Assembly: GCA_965209085.1 (NCBI GenBank)
Contig: OZ242376.1
Coordinates: 192,001-256,000, forward strand
Reading direction: 5' to 3'
Source: Nitrosopumilaceae archaeon
Lineage (GTDB): Archaea > Thermoproteota > Nitrososphaeria > Nitrososphaerales > Nitrosopumilaceae
DNA: 64,000 bases
Positions 49,717 to 60,388 of this stretch are shown here, one piece after another. The notes below the pieces were generated by a model. The model was not told the origin of the DNA. It did not search any database and saw only the letters and a program-made list of their open reading frames with translations. Each line of letters opens with the position of its first letter. The first letter of the stretch is position 1. Made by a program: the position numbers and the translations under genes.

Positions 49717-49917
49717 ACGAGCCTTCTAGTAAAACAGTGTACTTTCTGCGACCGTCCGGTGGCAAAAGGTTCTGGAACAATGTACGTAAAAAACGACAGC
49801 ACCATCATGTGGTTTTGCTCATCCAAATGCAAAAAAAACATGCTAGAGCTAAAACGCGATCCTCGCAAATTCAAGTGGACCAAAAAATTTGTCAAGGGCG
49901 GAATCAGGAAAAAATAG
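49717..49917 (+). CDS. rpl24e: 50S ribosomal protein L24e (apparent ACG start; not in the ORF track)
   Basis: (M)SLLVKQCTFCDRPVAKGSGTMYVKND...FCSSKC...RDPRKFKWT, in its canonical position between rps28e and ndk. Confidence 0.93.
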   Translation, partial: TSLLVKQCTFCDRPVAKGSGTMYVKNDSTIMWFCSSKCKKNMLELKRDPRKFKWTKKFVKGGIRKK

Positions 49918-49930
49918 GTGACACTTTGTC

Positions 49931-50329
49931 TTGGAACGCTCATTATTCATGGTAAAGCCTGACGGAGTGACGCGGGGTTTGGTGGGAAACATTTTAACCC
50001 GGTTTGAGCGTAAAGGGTTTCTCATACAAGAGCTGAAAATGATCCGGTTTTCAAAAAAACAGGCGGAAGAATTTTACAAAGTTCATAAAGAGAGGCCGTT
50101 TTTTGACGAGCTCGTTCAGTTTATCACATCAGGACCTGTAGTGGTTACAGTACTAGAGGGCAGAAACGCCATATCAGCTGCGCGCACCATACTTGGGTCA
50201 ACTGACTCATCAAAGGCAGAAGCTGGTTCGATAAGGGGCGATTACGGTCTTGGATTTACCGATAATATCATACACGCATCAGACTCTGCTGCAAGCTTTG
50301 AACATGAACAGGGTGTAGTGTTTCAGTGA
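49931..50329 (+). CDS. ndk: Nucleoside-diphosphate kinase
   Basis: VKPDGV, GSIRGDYG and NIIHASDS motifs. Confidence 0.96.
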   Translation: MERSLFMVKPDGVTRGLVGNILTRFERKGFLIQELKMIRFSKKQAEEFYKVHKERPFFDELVQFITSGPVVVTVLEGRNAISAARTILGSTDSSKAEAGSIRGDYGLGFTDNIIHASDSAASFEHEQGVVFQ

Positions 50330-50335
50330 TCTATA

Positions 50336-52117
50336 TTGAAAATACGTCAGCCAATCGTAGTGGTGCTCGGTCATGTGGATTCGGGAAAAACATCGCTTTT
50401 AGATAAAATCAGGGGAACAGGAGTACAGGAGCGCGAAGCTGGCGGCATTACGCAGCATATAGGGGCAAGTTTTCTTCCCGAAGAGATAATCCGTAAACGG
50501 TGCGGTTCAATGTACGATCGCCTCTCCAATTCTGCCATAAACATTCCAGGCGTGCTAGTAGTTGATACGCCAGGACACGAAGTCTTTGCAAATCTTCGGG
50601 CACGCGGCGGTTCCGCAGCTGACATTGCAATACTTGTAGTTGACGTAAACCGGGGATTTCAGCCGCAGACCAACGAGAGTCTGCAGATACTGAAAAACCG
50701 CAAGGTTCCGTTTGTACTAGCACTAAACAAGGTGGATCAGATCTCCGGATGGCGTGCCTCAAACAAACCGCAGATAGAGCAGGCGATAAAAGATCAGGAT
50801 GAATCAATACAGGCGGATTTGGATCAAAAAATCTACGACGTGGTGGGAACCCTCTCGGTTTTGGGATATCCCTCAGAAGCGTTTTACCGAGTAAAGGATT
50901 TTGCAAAAGAAGTCTCCATAGTTCCGATAAGCGCTAGAACCGGAGTTGGAATATCTGAGCTGCTAACAGTCATGGTCGGACTCACGCAGCATTATCTTGC
51001 CGAGAGGTTGGAGCAGGATCAAAAACCCGCCCGTGGAATAGTGCTGGAGGTAAACGATGAGATTGGTGTTGGACCTTCTGCCAATATCATACTCATAGAC
51101 GGCACGCTCTCCAAAAGCGACACCATACTTGTAGCAAAACGCGATCAGGTGATCGTGACAAAACCAAAGGCAATCCTTCTTCCAAAACCGCTAGATGAGA
51201 TGCGCGACCCGCGCGATAAATTCCGCCCGGTGGATATGGTGGAGGCAGCAGCCGGAATCAGACTTGCCTCATCGGATCTTGCCGGCGTGCTCCCAGGAAG
51301 CACAGTATACGTGGCAAAAAATTCATCCGAGATTGAAAAATTTACCGCCGAGATAAAAGCCGAGATGAAATCCGTCTTTTTGGATACCTCAACTGACGGC
51401 GTTTTGATAAAATGCGACACCATCGGATCACTGGAGGCGATAATCTTGATGTTGCGGCAAAAAGACATTCCCATCGCACGTGCCGACATCGGCCCGATAA
51501 ACCGGCGTGATGTAATGGAGGCACGCGCCGTAAAGGACAACGACAGGCATCTTGGGGCGATACTTGCCTTTAACGTCAAAGTGCTGCCGGATGCGCAAGA
51601 AGAGGCGGAGATCTCACACGTGAGAATATTTTCTGACGGCATCATATACCGTCTGATTGAAAGCTATGATCAGTGGGTTATGGACGATACGGCGCACGAA
51701 GAGGATGCGATATTTGCAGAGATGACTCCGATTGCAAAATTTACTTTTCTCAAAGGATACGTATTCCACAACAGCGATCCTGCCGTCTTTGGCATACGCG
51801 TGGATGCTGGAGTATTGAGGCAAAAAATCCCGTTTATGAACGAGAAGGGGCGTAAAATAGGGCAGATACACCAGCTGCAGGATAAAAGAGTGACAATTCG
51901 GACGGTGAAAAAAGGCCAGGAAGCGGCATGTTCTGTAAAAGGAATTACCGTGGGAAGACAGATTGCTGAAGATGATGTATTTTATACGCTGCCTCACTCG
52001 CACGAGGCCAAAAGACTGCTCAGAGATCTCTCGCACAAACTCTCATCAGAAGAGTTTGAAATCCTAAACCACATAGTGGAAGTTCAGCGCAAGCTGGACG
52101 CAGCATACGCCTATTAG
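50336..52117 (+). CDS. infB: Translation initiation factor IF-2/aIF5B
   Basis: GHVDSGKT, REAGGITQHIGA, DTPGHE and NKVD motifs. Confidence 0.96.
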   Translation: MKIRQPIVVVLGHVDSGKTSLLDKIRGTGVQEREAGGITQHIGASFLPEEIIRKRCGSMYDRLSNSAINIPGVLVVDTPGHEVFANLRARGGSAADIAILVVDVNRGFQPQTNESLQILKNRKVPFVLALNKVDQISGWRASNKPQIEQAIKDQDESIQADLDQKIYDVVGTLSVLGYPSEAFYRVKDFAKEVSIVPISARTGVGISELLTVMVGLTQHYLAERLEQDQKPARGIVLEVNDEIGVGPSANIILIDGTLSKSDTILVAKRDQVIVTKPKAILLPKPLDEMRDPRDKFRPVDMVEAAAGIRLASSDLAGVLPGSTVYVAKNSSEIEKFTAEIKAEMKSVFLDTSTDGVLIKCDTIGSLEAIILMLRQKDIPIARADIGPINRRDVMEARAVKDNDRHLGAILAFNVKVLPDAQEEAEISHVRIFSDGIIYRLIESYDQWVMDDTAHEEDAIFAEMTPIAKFTFLKGYVFHNSDPAVFGIRVDAGVLRQKIPFMNEKGRKIGQIHQLQDKRVTIRTVKKGQEAACSVKGITVGRQIAEDDVFYTLPHSHEAKRLLRDLSHKLSSEEFEILNHIVEVQRKLDAAYAY

Positions 52118-52428
52118 CGTCTCTGCAATTCTTTTGGTGCGTGCAAGTTTACAATCCGCCTCAGATCAAAGAGGCCTACTGTGCCGGTAATTCTGTCAGC
52201 TTCGCTGCCATCTTTAAAGATGATAAAAGTGGGTATTGATGCGACATTGTATCTTGCCGCTATCTGCTGCGCTTTATCCACGTCGAGGCGTGCAAATTTT
52301 GCACGTGTCATCTCGCGCGCGGCCGCCTCAAATGTCGGATGCATTGTTTTGCACGGACCACACCATTTTGCCCAAAAATCCACAAGGACAAGCGGATTTG
52401 CAGATATGAACGCATCAAAGTCTGCATT

Positions 52429-53783
52429 AGGCCTTATGCATAATCAATCACTGAGACATACGGTTCCGACTATGACGCTGTCATGATCAAAGTACACATG
52501 GCCTAAAACCTTCAAGCAGACAACAAAATAAATCAAAATATCATATGCATGACAAAAAGCAGAATATTATGCGTGACCGTATGCACAAAGATGTGCTACT
52601 TGATTTGAGGGCAAACTTTTTCCAACGGTTCGATATACTTGCGATCCTTTAACATGATGTGCAGATTGGTCAGTCCTGTAACCACTTGGATTTCTGTATA
52701 AAACGCATCCATTGTGTCATCATATATGGCACTCATTCTGCGGAACCATTTGAGCCGGTTTATGGCATGCTCTACTTTTATGCGCTTACGACTGATCCTC
52801 TTGCTATATTCGCGTTCTGTCTCTGTCAATCCCCTACCCTTTGGTTTTTTGTATGGCTGCTTTGAGATAATGCCCCGATAGTCTTTTTCCACGGACAGAT
52901 ATCCCTTGTCAGTATATAGCATAATTTGGCGCTCTTTTTTTGTATCAGAGTTTTTCATGCCATCGGTCCATTTGCCAAAATTTGGCGGATTACGCCGCAG
53001 TACCTCCATGTCATGTACTGAGCCATCTTCAGGTCCGCCAATGTCAAGTACCAACCCGTCTTTGTTTGAGGTTATCTGTACGTTGTAGACGTGCCTCTTG
53101 CGCTTTCCAGAGTATACTACCTCTTGGTTTTCCTGCGGTCTTTGAACCTGTACAAACGTGGCATCAAGATACAGCTCGCCGCCGCCTCTGCCGGGTACGA
53201 ATTTTTTAAACAACTCGCTTGTACGTATTGTCCGTATTGCAGCACCAATATTCTTAGCCGTTGGAAGAATATTCATCAACAATTCATCAGAAAAGGTCAG
53301 ATATCTGCTGATGGTGCTCTGATCAACGCCTGCAATGGCCGCAAGCAATTCCTGTTTAGGATTGTTGCGTTTGCGGCACAGTGTGACAAACAAAATTTGA
53401 GATGCAGTGAGAATACAGGTGTTTCCAGGATCGTCGACATAATCTGAAAAGCGGGGGACCTTGGGCGAATATTCGATAACTTTTTCAAACCGTTCCTGAA
53501 TCCATTCAAACTCTTCACGGTTCATTCCAGTCGTCCCGTACAAATAATTGTCATCATCAATTATGTGGTTCAAATATTCGTAGGCAGATTGTTGCTTTTC
53601 GACCTCATTATCATGTATCGTTTTTTTGTAGTGTTGAATTTCTGCTTCAAGCTTGGAGATCATCTCTGTTTGCTGGGCGATTATACGCTTGTCTGGGGCA
53701 CACATGCTGTACGAATGTGATACTAGATCATAGATCTTTCGATTTGTCAAAATTGATTTTTTGGTTAATTATGCATAAGGTCT
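52429..53783 (-). mobile_element. IS5-family (DDE_Tnp_4 type) insertion sequence, about 1.35 kb
   Basis: 22-bp imperfect TIRs AGGCCTTATGCATAATCAATCA / AGACCTTATGCATAATTAACCA. Flanking duplication is ATT (52426-28, 53784-86), or TA if the ends are shifted by 1 bp. Confidence 0.92.
52596..53750 (-). CDS. DDE transposase (IS5/Harbinger-like)
   Basis: HTH (GVDQSTISR), LDATF...QRP, YSGKRKRH, DKGY and RIKVEHAINRLK motifs. Confidence 0.92.
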   Translation of the reverse strand: MTNRKIYDLVSHSYSMCAPDKRIIAQQTEMISKLEAEIQHYKKTIHDNEVEKQQSAYEYLNHIIDDDNYLYGTTGMNREEFEWIQERFEKVIEYSPKVPRFSDYVDDPGNTCILTASQILFVTLCRKRNNPKQELLAAIAGVDQSTISRYLTFSDELLMNILPTAKNIGAAIRTIRTSELFKKFVPGRGGGELYLDATFVQVQRPQENQEVVYSGKRKRHVYNVQITSNKDGLVLDIGGPEDGSVHDMEVLRRNPPNFGKWTDGMKNSDTKKERQIMLYTDKGYLSVEKDYRGIISKQPYKKPKGRGLTETEREYSKRISRKRIKVEHAINRLKWFRRMSAIYDDTMDAFYTEIQVVTGLTNLHIMLKDRKYIEPLEKVCPQIK

Positions 53784-53915
53784 ATTGTCAAGTTCGGCAA
53801 TGACCGGCTCTAAAGCTCTCTGCTGTCTGCGGAGCATTTCCTGCATTTGTTTTTGTTTTATCGCTTCGAGCTCATCATCCATGCGGGAAAAAATCCCGGA
53901 TGTATATTTAATTCC

Positions 53916-54335
53916 TCACAGGTCGAGCAAAAACCGCATGCTAGCGCCTTTGGAATTTTCTTCTATTTGCATCTCGTGAAACGTGGGCGCCTTTATCTCC
54001 ACTTTGAATCCGTGCTTTTTTAGATCAATGGGCTCCCCGTGTACAATGCCGTGAATTGAATACTTTTCCCTGTCCAACCTGTACACCTCTATGCGGGATA
54101 TTGCAAAACCCTCGGTTATCATTTTGTATATAATCTCCTCTAGCCACGAATACAGCATGTGCCTCATGTCAGAACCGGACGCCTCTACTGTCATTGATCT
54201 TATCTGGCATACGCTTGGGACGTTGACTGTGGTATCCGCTACAGCCATCCCTGCCTGCACAAACGCCTCTTCCAAATTTGGAGCATCCACCTGTACTATC
54301 ATATCGGTTGCATGATCCAGATATTTGTAGCTCAC
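53916..54335 (-). CDS. Archease
   Basis: YKYLDHATD, EIKAPTFH and terminal LLDL motifs. Confidence 0.92.
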   Translation of the reverse strand: MSYKYLDHATDMIVQVDAPNLEEAFVQAGMAVADTTVNVPSVCQIRSMTVEASGSDMRHMLYSWLEEIIYKMITEGFAISRIEVYRLDREKYSIHGIVHGEPIDLKKHGFKVEIKAPTFHEMQIEENSKGASMRFLLDL

Positions 54336-54403
54336 TAATACTGCAATATGTGATCCGTATTAAAAACCGTAAAATCTTAAATCGTCATACGGGCACGTAC
54401 AGT

Positions 54404-55687
54404 ATGGAACTGCCGCGCGGAATGAGGGATTTGGAGCCAGCAGAGCTGCATAAAATTCACATCATTCGGGAAAAATTCGAAGAGACTGCCTCCATATTCG
54501 GCTTTGAGATGGTGGATCCATCCCCGATAGAATCACTCTCCACTTTGGAGGCAAAAAGCGGGCCGGAGATACGAAAAGAGATTTACAATTTCAGGGATAA
54601 AGCGGATCGTGAAATTGCATTGCGGTTTGATTTTACCGTCGGCATGACCCGCTATGTCGCATCAAAACAGTTTGCGCGCATGCCTGCAAAATTTGGATCG
54701 TTTGGCGGAGTATGGCGGTATAATGAGCCGCAAAAAGGAAGGTATAGGTATTTTCACCAGTGGAACGTGGAGATATTTGGAACACCTTCAGTTGAATCCG
54801 AATCCGAGGTAATCGAGTTTGCATCTATATTGTTTGAAAAACTCGGCATAGGTGATTCCCTAATATGCATAAACCACAGGGAGCTTGTAGAGTCGTTTAT
54901 AAAAAAAACATATCCGGGATTTGAAAACGACAGGGATTGGACCATAATAGGGGATTCTTTCCGCATGATTGACAAAGCTGCAAAAAAACCCCGCAAAGAT
55001 CTGCTTGCCGAATATTCAAAACTGCCAGAACAATATGCTGAGGCTTTGCTGGATTTTGCAGCAGCTCATGGCACCCCGGATAAAATAGAGTCATCTGTAA
55101 ACGTAAAAGATTTGGAAAAGTGGGATCACATCAAAAACCTGTGGGATTCGCTTGAAAATCGCACAGTTGCCAATAAAGAGATCAATCTTGGAGTTGTAAG
55201 GGGGCTTGATTATTACTCTGGAACAGTCTTTGAGATCTTTGATTCTGCAGGCCATGACGCACTTGCCGGCGGGGGCCGATATGACCGTCTCACAAAGGCG
55301 TTTGGCCGCAAAGATATGGGAGCCACTGGAATGGCAGGCGGTGTGGAGCGCATGATTATGGCAATGGACGCGCACGGCACGGACTGGAAAAACAATACCC
55401 GGTACGTCTCTGTAACGTACATGAATCCTGATCTTGAAAAAGCTGCAATGCATGCTGCATCACAAATCCGGCGGGCCGGAATCCGGGCTGATGTTGATCT
55501 TGCAGGCCGCGCGTTTAAAAAACAGCTCAAAGCCTGCTCTGATTCAACATATGCTGTAATCATAGCTCCTGCGGAATTTGAAAAAGGCCAGATAATAATA
55601 AAAGATATGCATACTGGGAATCAAAATACCGTGCCAAAAGATGACTTTGTAAATAATTTAAAAAATCTCATGCAAAAGCCCGAGTGA
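54404..55687 (+). CDS. hisS: Histidine--tRNA ligase
   Basis: PRGMRD, LRFDFT, PQKGRYRYFHQ, RGLDYYSG and GGGRYD motifs. Start at ATG 54404. Confidence 0.96.
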   Translation: MELPRGMRDLEPAELHKIHIIREKFEETASIFGFEMVDPSPIESLSTLEAKSGPEIRKEIYNFRDKADREIALRFDFTVGMTRYVASKQFARMPAKFGSFGGVWRYNEPQKGRYRYFHQWNVEIFGTPSVESESEVIEFASILFEKLGIGDSLICINHRELVESFIKKTYPGFENDRDWTIIGDSFRMIDKAAKKPRKDLLAEYSKLPEQYAEALLDFAAAHGTPDKIESSVNVKDLEKWDHIKNLWDSLENRTVANKEINLGVVRGLDYYSGTVFEIFDSAGHDALAGGGRYDRLTKAFGRKDMGATGMAGGVERMIMAMDAHGTDWKNNTRYVSVTYMNPDLEKAAMHAASQIRRAGIRADVDLAGRAFKKQLKACSDSTYAVIIAPAEFEKGQIIIKDMHTGNQNTVPKDDFVNNLKNLMQKPE

Positions 55688-56330
55688 GTGTCATTATCTC
55701 CGGACCCGTTGTAAAACTCCCAGTTACAATTGATTTTGAATTTGCCAAAATTCCCGACGATACAAACGGCACTCCGCCGTTTATTGTCGAGTGCTCTATG
55801 TTGATTTTTAAAATATCAGATAATTCCTTGAGATCATCCTCGTTTGATTCGGGATGAACTATTCCGCCCTGCGAGGTTACAGCTAGTACGGTTCCCGTCT
55901 GATGATAGCCTGCAATTTTTTTATGGATTATTTCAACGCCCATGACATCAGAAACTATCTGCGCATCTTCTTTTGTAATCAGCGGCGAGAGTGCGGCACC
56001 CTTGTCGTTTACGGATATCATGTTTCCAAGTGCCGTATACTTTGTATCAAGCACCCCTACGTTTAACCCTGATGTTTTTTTGAAAAATTCTATCTCCTCA
56101 TATGATGAAATGTTTGGCAGCAGCATTCCCTTGTTGTTCATTACCATCATGGTTCCAATGAGCCTGGTATTTGCCACCGCAACATACTGGGCCGTAACCC
56201 CGAGATATTTCTCAATGTTCTCTGACTTTGTTTTTGCAAAACCTCTGGGCAAAAATACGTACTCGTTGTTTGCCTGAGCGTATACGCCAACATTGGGCCC
56301 CCCGTACAGATCGTACTTGAATATGTCCAT
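55668..56330 (-). CDS. eif6: Translation initiation factor aIF-6
   Basis: NVGVY, ALGN, TINGG.PFV.SG and TTGPE motifs. Confidence 0.93.
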   Translation of the reverse strand: MDIFKYDLYGGPNVGVYAQANNEYVFLPRGFAKTKSENIEKYLGVTAQYVAVANTRLIGTMMVMNNKGMLLPNISSYEEIEFFKKTSGLNVGVLDTKYTALGNMISVNDKGAALSPLITKEDAQIVSDVMGVEIIHKKIAGYHQTGTVLAVTSQGGIVHPESNEDDLKELSDILKINIEHSTINGGVPFVSSGILANSKSIVTGSFTTGPEIMTLTRAFA

Positions 56331-56452
56331 GTATGTGGGGTGGAATTTAAAAAATATGAACGTAGACTAAAAAAAACGCCGTTATATGCTGTAAATAAAA
56401 CAAGTTACGCCTAATTATATCTAGATTTAAATAATAATGCCTAATTGTCTAA

Positions 56453-56992
<540 letters not shown>

Positions 56993-57083
56993 GAATAGCC
57001 CCGATTTTTTTACATTTTTTACTCTTCCCATGTTAATTCGCACACCACCAACAAATTTTAAGCACTTTGCACGCCGTATCACT

Positions 57084-57170
57084 GCAGAGGTCGCCTAGCC
57101 TGGTAGGGCGCGGGCCTTGAGAGCCTGTGTGAGCAATCACACGAGGGTTCGAATCCCTCTCTCTGCGCCA
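57084..57170 (+). tRNA. tRNA-Ser(TGA), CCA encoded
   Basis: Acceptor GCAGAGG/TCTCTGC, anticodon arm CGGGC-CTTGAGA-GCCTG, long variable arm, TTCGAAT T loop. Confidence 0.93.
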
Positions 57171-57234
57171 TTTTAAACACGTTATCTAATATTTAATCAA
57201 AGGACATAATAATATCAAAGACAGTAATGTATCC

Positions 57235-58737
57235 ATGACAAATATTACATTTCATGGCGGAGTAAAGGACATCGGGGGAAACAAATTTCTGGTGGAAGAT
57301 AAGGGAACCAAAATTTTCATGGATTTTGGAATGAGTTTTAGCGCAGAAAAGAAATATTTTTCAGGATTTCTCAAAGCACGTGGTTCAAACAGCCTGGTGG
57401 ACATGATTGAACTTGGAATCCTGCCCAAAATCAAAGGACTGTACAGGAGGGATTTTGCAAAACACATGAACTGGGGAGGGGACGAGGATACTGAAATTGA
57501 CGCCATTTTGCTGACGCACGCGCACGTGGATCATTGCGGATACCTGGAATACATTAGGCCTGAAATACCAATCTATTGCTCAGAAGAATCCAAAATTATA
57601 ATGCAAAATTTTGACGATACCGGGGTTGGATCACAGTACATAACCCTAAAGGAAAAATTTCAATTTCATAAAAGCGAAAAAGGCACAACAAAGGATCAAA
57701 TGGTAAAGGATTACGGAGATAGTGTAAAAATACCTAGAAAAATCATAGTTTTTAAAAAATATGAAAAATTCAAAATAAATTCAATCGAAGTGGAACCGCT
57801 GCCGGTGGATCATTCAATATCAGGCGTGTATGGATTCATACTGTACACTTCGGAGGGAACGATTGTAAATACGGCCGATTTGAGATTTCACGGACGCAGA
57901 AAAGAAGACACTGAAAAATTTGTAGAAAAATGCGGCAATGCATCCCCGGATCTGCTCTTATGCGAGGGAACAAGAATAGAGAAAACATCATCAATAACAG
58001 AATATGATATTGAAAACAAGCTTGTAGATGTCATAAACGAGACAAAAAAACTCGTCATATGCGGATATCCAATTAGAGATTTGGACCGACTGCAGTCGAT
58101 TTACCTGGCAGCCAAACGGGCAAACCGGTACCTTGCCATTGAGCCAAGACAGGCGTATTTGCTGAAATTATTCAACGAATCTGACAATCTAAAAGGCATT
58201 TACCCAAGTCCGGATGATGAACACATCAAGATATACTTTCCAAAAGAAACATGGGGATTAATTGACAAGGACATCAACGTATACACTAGAAAACTTTTGG
58301 ATGCTGATTACAGGCCTTGGGCAAGGGAATTTCTTGATTATGGTAATAGAATAGATCATCGTGACGTATCCAAAAATCAGAATGAAATTGTAATATCTCT
58401 GAGTGATTTTAAACTCCAAGAGCTGATTGACATAAAACCTGACGAGAATTCATGTTATGTTCGATCGCTTACCGAACCGTTTGATGATGAAATGCAATTG
58501 CAGCAGGAAAAAATCAAAAATTGGTTTGAAAAATTTGGACTGATTTCAAACGAGAAAAACTGGCATCAAATACACGTTTCAGGCCACGGTGACGGAACCC
58601 AGATTAAAAAAATCATAGACGGAGCATTTGCAAAAAAAATAATCCCGATACATACGGATCCAAAAAACGAAGTATATCATCAAAAATGGCACAACAACGT
58701 CCAGCCGGTAAACACGCACGATACTGTACAGCTCTAA
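57235..58737 (+). CDS. MBL-fold beta-CASP nuclease (RNase J-like)
   Basis: IGGN, THAHVDH, VDHS, ADLRFHG, CEGT, HVSGH and PIHT motifs. Confidence 0.88.
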   Translation: MTNITFHGGVKDIGGNKFLVEDKGTKIFMDFGMSFSAEKKYFSGFLKARGSNSLVDMIELGILPKIKGLYRRDFAKHMNWGGDEDTEIDAILLTHAHVDHCGYLEYIRPEIPIYCSEESKIIMQNFDDTGVGSQYITLKEKFQFHKSEKGTTKDQMVKDYGDSVKIPRKIIVFKKYEKFKINSIEVEPLPVDHSISGVYGFILYTSEGTIVNTADLRFHGRRKEDTEKFVEKCGNASPDLLLCEGTRIEKTSSITEYDIENKLVDVINETKKLVICGYPIRDLDRLQSIYLAAKRANRYLAIEPRQAYLLKLFNESDNLKGIYPSPDDEHIKIYFPKETWGLIDKDINVYTRKLLDADYRPWAREFLDYGNRIDHRDVSKNQNEIVISLSDFKLQELIDIKPDENSCYVRSLTEPFDDEMQLQQEKIKNWFEKFGLISNEKNWHQIHVSGHGDGTQIKKIIDGAFAKKIIPIHTDPKNEVYHQKWHNNVQPVNTHDTVQL

Positions 58738-58769
58738 TAACATGCATGATGTATGATAAATTTATTTTA

Positions 58770-59309
58770 TTATTTGGCAAGATCCAGCAATCTTAAAAGC
58801 TCTACTCCTCGCGGTGCCATATTTGGATTAATTTTCCAATTGTAATCTTTTGCTTTTTCTATTATCATATCCAATGTGACGCCATCATCATCTTCTGCTG
58901 CATGATATATTTTTGCAGCGTATGATAATTCATTTATGTCGATCTTTTCGTCACAATATTCTTTACATATCTTGACAATTTTTTCTATTTTGTTGTATTC
59001 ATTTTTGTGTTTTTTAAGAATTCCATTATCAATAATTTCAATTCCATCATCTGTCAATTCATATTCATACGTAAAATAATTTCCTTCCTGCCTGATTGTT
59101 TCTTTTACAAAATCATACGCCACCAAATCCCTGAATGCCTCTCCAACATCCAAATTGTACGGTCCGTAATAATGGGAAGTAAAACTGGGCGGTTTTAACT
59201 CCTTGATCGATTTACAAGATAAATAAACAAGATTTTGTATGGTAGTTCTGCCGCGTATTTTCCCCCCATTTGCTTTTATTATCAATATTGCCATGTCCCT
59301 ATAATTCAT
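58770..59309 (-). CDS. YwgA/SocA-like winged-helix protein
   Basis: I.GRT.IQ.LVYL, F..HYYGPY and YEYELT..G motifs. Confidence 0.75.
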   Translation of the reverse strand: MNYRDMAILIIKANGGKIRGRTTIQNLVYLSCKSIKELKPPSFTSHYYGPYNLDVGEAFRDLVAYDFVKETIRQEGNYFTYEYELTDDGIEIIDNGILKKHKNEYNKIEKIVKICKEYCDEKIDINELSYAAKIYHAAEDDDGVTLDMIIEKAKDYNWKINPNMAPRGVELLRLLDLAK

Positions 59310-59388
59310 GATTTATTGACATCATATTATACCATAAAGTTTGTTTTGTGCACATCATTCACATACAACGACGCACCGTCAATACAAG

Positions 59389-60351
59389 TTATTTTTTTGC
59401 ATTCTTGCCAAGCTCTGCAAGCATTGCTGAGAGCTGTATCTCCGGATTTGCCCCGGCAAGTATGCGATAGTCGTATTTTGCCAAAGTCTCCAAAACATTT
59501 CCATATTCATCAGCAGCTATGTCTGATTTGAATACTGATGATGCGGCATATTTTAAAAAGTCTGAAACTGATACGCCGTAAACTTTGATAATCTCGATCA
59601 TCTTTTCCCGCGCTTCTGCAGTCTTTCCTGCAAGCGCGGATTTTATCACAACATCAACATCGGACACTTTGGAGAGTCCTGCAGCTTTATTCACATTCTC
59701 AACGGTAATTTTGCCCATGCTTGAAACTGCCTGCATTATGTTTATCGCATGCCGCATGTCCCCTCCCGCATGCTCGTATAATTTCTCCAATCCTGCCTTG
59801 TCGGATTTTACTTTTTCACCCTTTGCTATGTACTCTAATCTTGCAATTGAATCATTTTTGGGAACGGCGGTAAATTTGAAAACAGCACATCTGCTCTGGA
59901 TTGGATCTATAATCTTGGAGATATTGTTTGCAATTATGATAAATCTGCAGTATCTGGCAGTATCCTCAATGATTCTTCGCAGGGCAGTCTGCGCCCCAGA
60001 GGTCATCTCGTCGGCCTCGTCAAGTATGATGATCTTGAACGGAATTTCCGTGTAAAGTCCGGCAAACCTTGAGAATTTTTTCACCCTCTCTCTGACCATG
60101 TCAATACCCCTCTCATCTGATGCGTTCAACTCTAGGGTGCTATCCTTCCATCCTGCGCCTAAAACCTGTTTTGCAATGCACAAGCTGGCCGTGGTCTTGC
60201 CCAAACCTGCGGAACCTGAAAACATCAGATGGGGCATCTGGTTGGGCTTTTTAAGCAGAGCCTCCAAGCTTCCAATTACGTCCTTTTGACCCACGATATC
60301 GGCCAGTTTCTCTGGGCGGTATTTCTCAACCCACATTTCTCCTCCAAGCAT
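59389..60351 (-). CDS. rfcS: Replication factor C small subunit
   Basis: WVEKYRP, GSAGLGKT, ELNASDERG, LDEAD and SRC motifs. Confidence 0.96.
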   Translation of the reverse strand: MLGGEMWVEKYRPEKLADIVGQKDVIGSLEALLKKPNQMPHLMFSGSAGLGKTTASLCIAKQVLGAGWKDSTLELNASDERGIDMVRERVKKFSRFAGLYTEIPFKIIILDEADEMTSGAQTALRRIIEDTARYCRFIIIANNISKIIDPIQSRCAVFKFTAVPKNDSIARLEYIAKGEKVKSDKAGLEKLYEHAGGDMRHAINIMQAVSSMGKITVENVNKAAGLSKVSDVDVVIKSALAGKTAEAREKMIEIIKVYGVSVSDFLKYAASSVFKSDIAADEYGNVLETLAKYDYRILAGANPEIQLSAMLAELGKNAKK

Positions 60352-60388
60352 ATGTGTGCGTATTCTTGTCCCTAAATATATCACATTA

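Larger units (their letters stand above)
52114..53882 (-). pseudogene. Thioredoxin gene interrupted by an IS element
   Basis: The 5' part 53882-53784 (MDDELEAIKQKQMQEM...PVIAELDN) and the 3' part 52425-52114 (ADFDAFISANPLVLVDFWAKWCGPC...) rejoin in frame when the IS is removed. Confidence 0.9.

Noticed and set aside
49737-49955. 72-aa ORF-track call between rps28e and ndk
   Set aside because: Wrong frame; the real gene is rpl24e at 49717-49917.
59310-59388. attR-like duplication of the tRNA-Ser 3' end bounding the islet
   Set aside because: No repeat of the tRNA 3' sequence was found, and no integrase is present.
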